Below, one piece after another: positions 63,119 to 64,000 of a stretch of DNA of 64,000 nt. A program made the translations under genes and the position numbers. Origin of the DNA: a bacterium (lineage in GTDB: Bacteria > UBA8248 > JACPRG01 > G963555815); contig CBDHDG010000007.1 in assembly GCA_965261595.1 (NCBI GenBank), forward strand, positions 928,001-992,000, written 5' to 3'. Below the pieces are notes generated by a model. The model made no database searches. It was given only the letters and a program-made list of their open reading frames with translations, and was not told the origin of the DNA. Each line of letters opens with the position of its first letter. Position 1 is the stretch's first letter.

Positions 63119-64000
63119 TTAGGCCAACCGATAGGCGATTTGCGCATAGGCGTCCGGTTGAACCAGAATCACGTCGCCTAGCAGAACGTGCATCGTGAAA
63201 GCCCGCTCACCCTTCGCCGAACCGCTGTAGATATCGTCAATCGAAATTTCATTCCAGTGCGGACAGACCGCCGTCCGCATGGCCCCGGCCCCGCCCATCA
63301 TGGAGCGGCCCTTGCGATACAGGATCGCCTGTTGGATGTTGCTTGCCGCGTCCGGCATGCGCTTGTTGCACCAAAATCCGCCGGCCTGATTCATGGCGTA
63401 GGCCGCCGCGCTCAACTCGCCCTTGTAGCTCGTGGCGGTCTGAAACGTCCTGGCCGCAAGCCGCATCGTGTCGGCACCGACCACGATGGACACGTCCTTG
63501 AGCGTGTTGGCCCAAAGGCCGTCAATGCCGCCCGCGTGGGCCGCGGCGAAGCTGTCGAAGTCGGCAACTGCCGTCGGGTCGGTCGGGTCGGTCAATCCCT
63601 GAAAGACACCGGTCAGGTTCGGCGCGCTTCCATCGCCGTTGATCGCCTGTTTGTCCAGTTCGTCGGAAAGAACCAGCGACAGGTTTTCCCGTAAGATTGA
63701 TTCGAAGTTCGCCTGCCCCACGGCGGCCACGTCCTCAATGGCGATTCCCAAACGGGCGGAGATTCGCTTCGGCGTCACAGACGTCACGGTGAACGCCGCC
63801 GCCGTCGCGTCCTGGGCCGCGCCCTTCGCCTTCGAACCTGCGGTCAGCGGCGTGGCGATGGTCGCGGATGCGTAGGTGCCGGACATGACGCGCGGCATTT
63901 CGATTCCGAGCCGAGGCGCGATACTGTTAGCGAAAACTGCCGGACGGATTCGATCCAGATTGACGCCCACGGTGCCGGGCGCGGGAGATACAGCGTCGGT
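63119..64000 (-). CDS. Major capsid protein (HK97-fold-like), 5' end outside window
   Basis: Frame open to the edge; TPKRISA, L...LD.QAINGDG..PNL.G, IDDIYSG..KG, GDV...QP.AY. Confidence 0.8.
   Translation of the reverse strand, partial: TDAVSPAPGTVGVNLDRIRPAVFANSIAPRLGIEMPRVMSGTYASATIATPLTAGSKAKGAAQDATAAAFTVTSVTPKRISARLGIAIEDVAAVGQANFESILRENLSLVLSDELDKQAINGDGSAPNLTGVFQGLTDPTDPTAVADFDSFAAAHAGGIDGLWANTLKDVSIVVGADTMRLAARTFQTATSYKGELSAAAYAMNQAGGFWCNKRMPDAASNIQQAILYRKGRSMMGGAGAMRTAVCPHWNEISIDDIYSGSAKGERAFTMHVLLGDVILVQPDAYAQIAYRLA

Larger units (their letters stand above)
59842..64000 (-). mobile_element. tRNA-integrated phage-satellite-like or minimal prophage element (continues beyond window)
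   Basis: att fragment plus co-oriented capsid, protease, connector and portal genes. Confidence 0.8.

Overview
GC-rich bacterial chromosome segment in four parts. (1) 1-9.1 kb: a type I restriction-modification operon (hsdM-hsdS-hsdR-M48 peptidase). All three hsd genes are broken, yet an intact, translationally coupled two-gene CBASS module (CdnE-like CD-NTase + Cap15-type 2TM/beta-barrel effector) sits between hsdS and hsdR. (2) 9.1-25 kb: an IS graveyard (IS1380 x2, several IS3 pieces, IS110, IS256, and an IS66 carrying an intact DUF4338 gene) with an HU gene, a large interrupted hypothetical gene and a CsgG-DUF4810-DUF799 lipoprotein operon. (3) 25-59.8 kb: metabolic and core-like genes: a Na+-pumping acyl-CoA decarboxylase operon with CoA-transferase and GntR, UbiD, a likely UGA/SECIS-recoded OsmC-like selenoprotein, an MBL hydrolase, a decayed hybrid kinase, YyaL, LemA/TPM, ComDE-like + Rieske genes, PrpD, Zn-ADH and paired dihaem cytochromes, interspersed with REP/MITE-like repeats and duplicated promoter fragments. 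(4) 59.8-64 kb: the end of a tRNA(Asn-like)-integrated element encoding a compact head module (capsid, protease, connector, portal) with no tail or terminase genes in view. All family assignments come from motif recognition by eye, not database searches. Several single-base frameshifts lie in homopolymers and could be sequencing errors.
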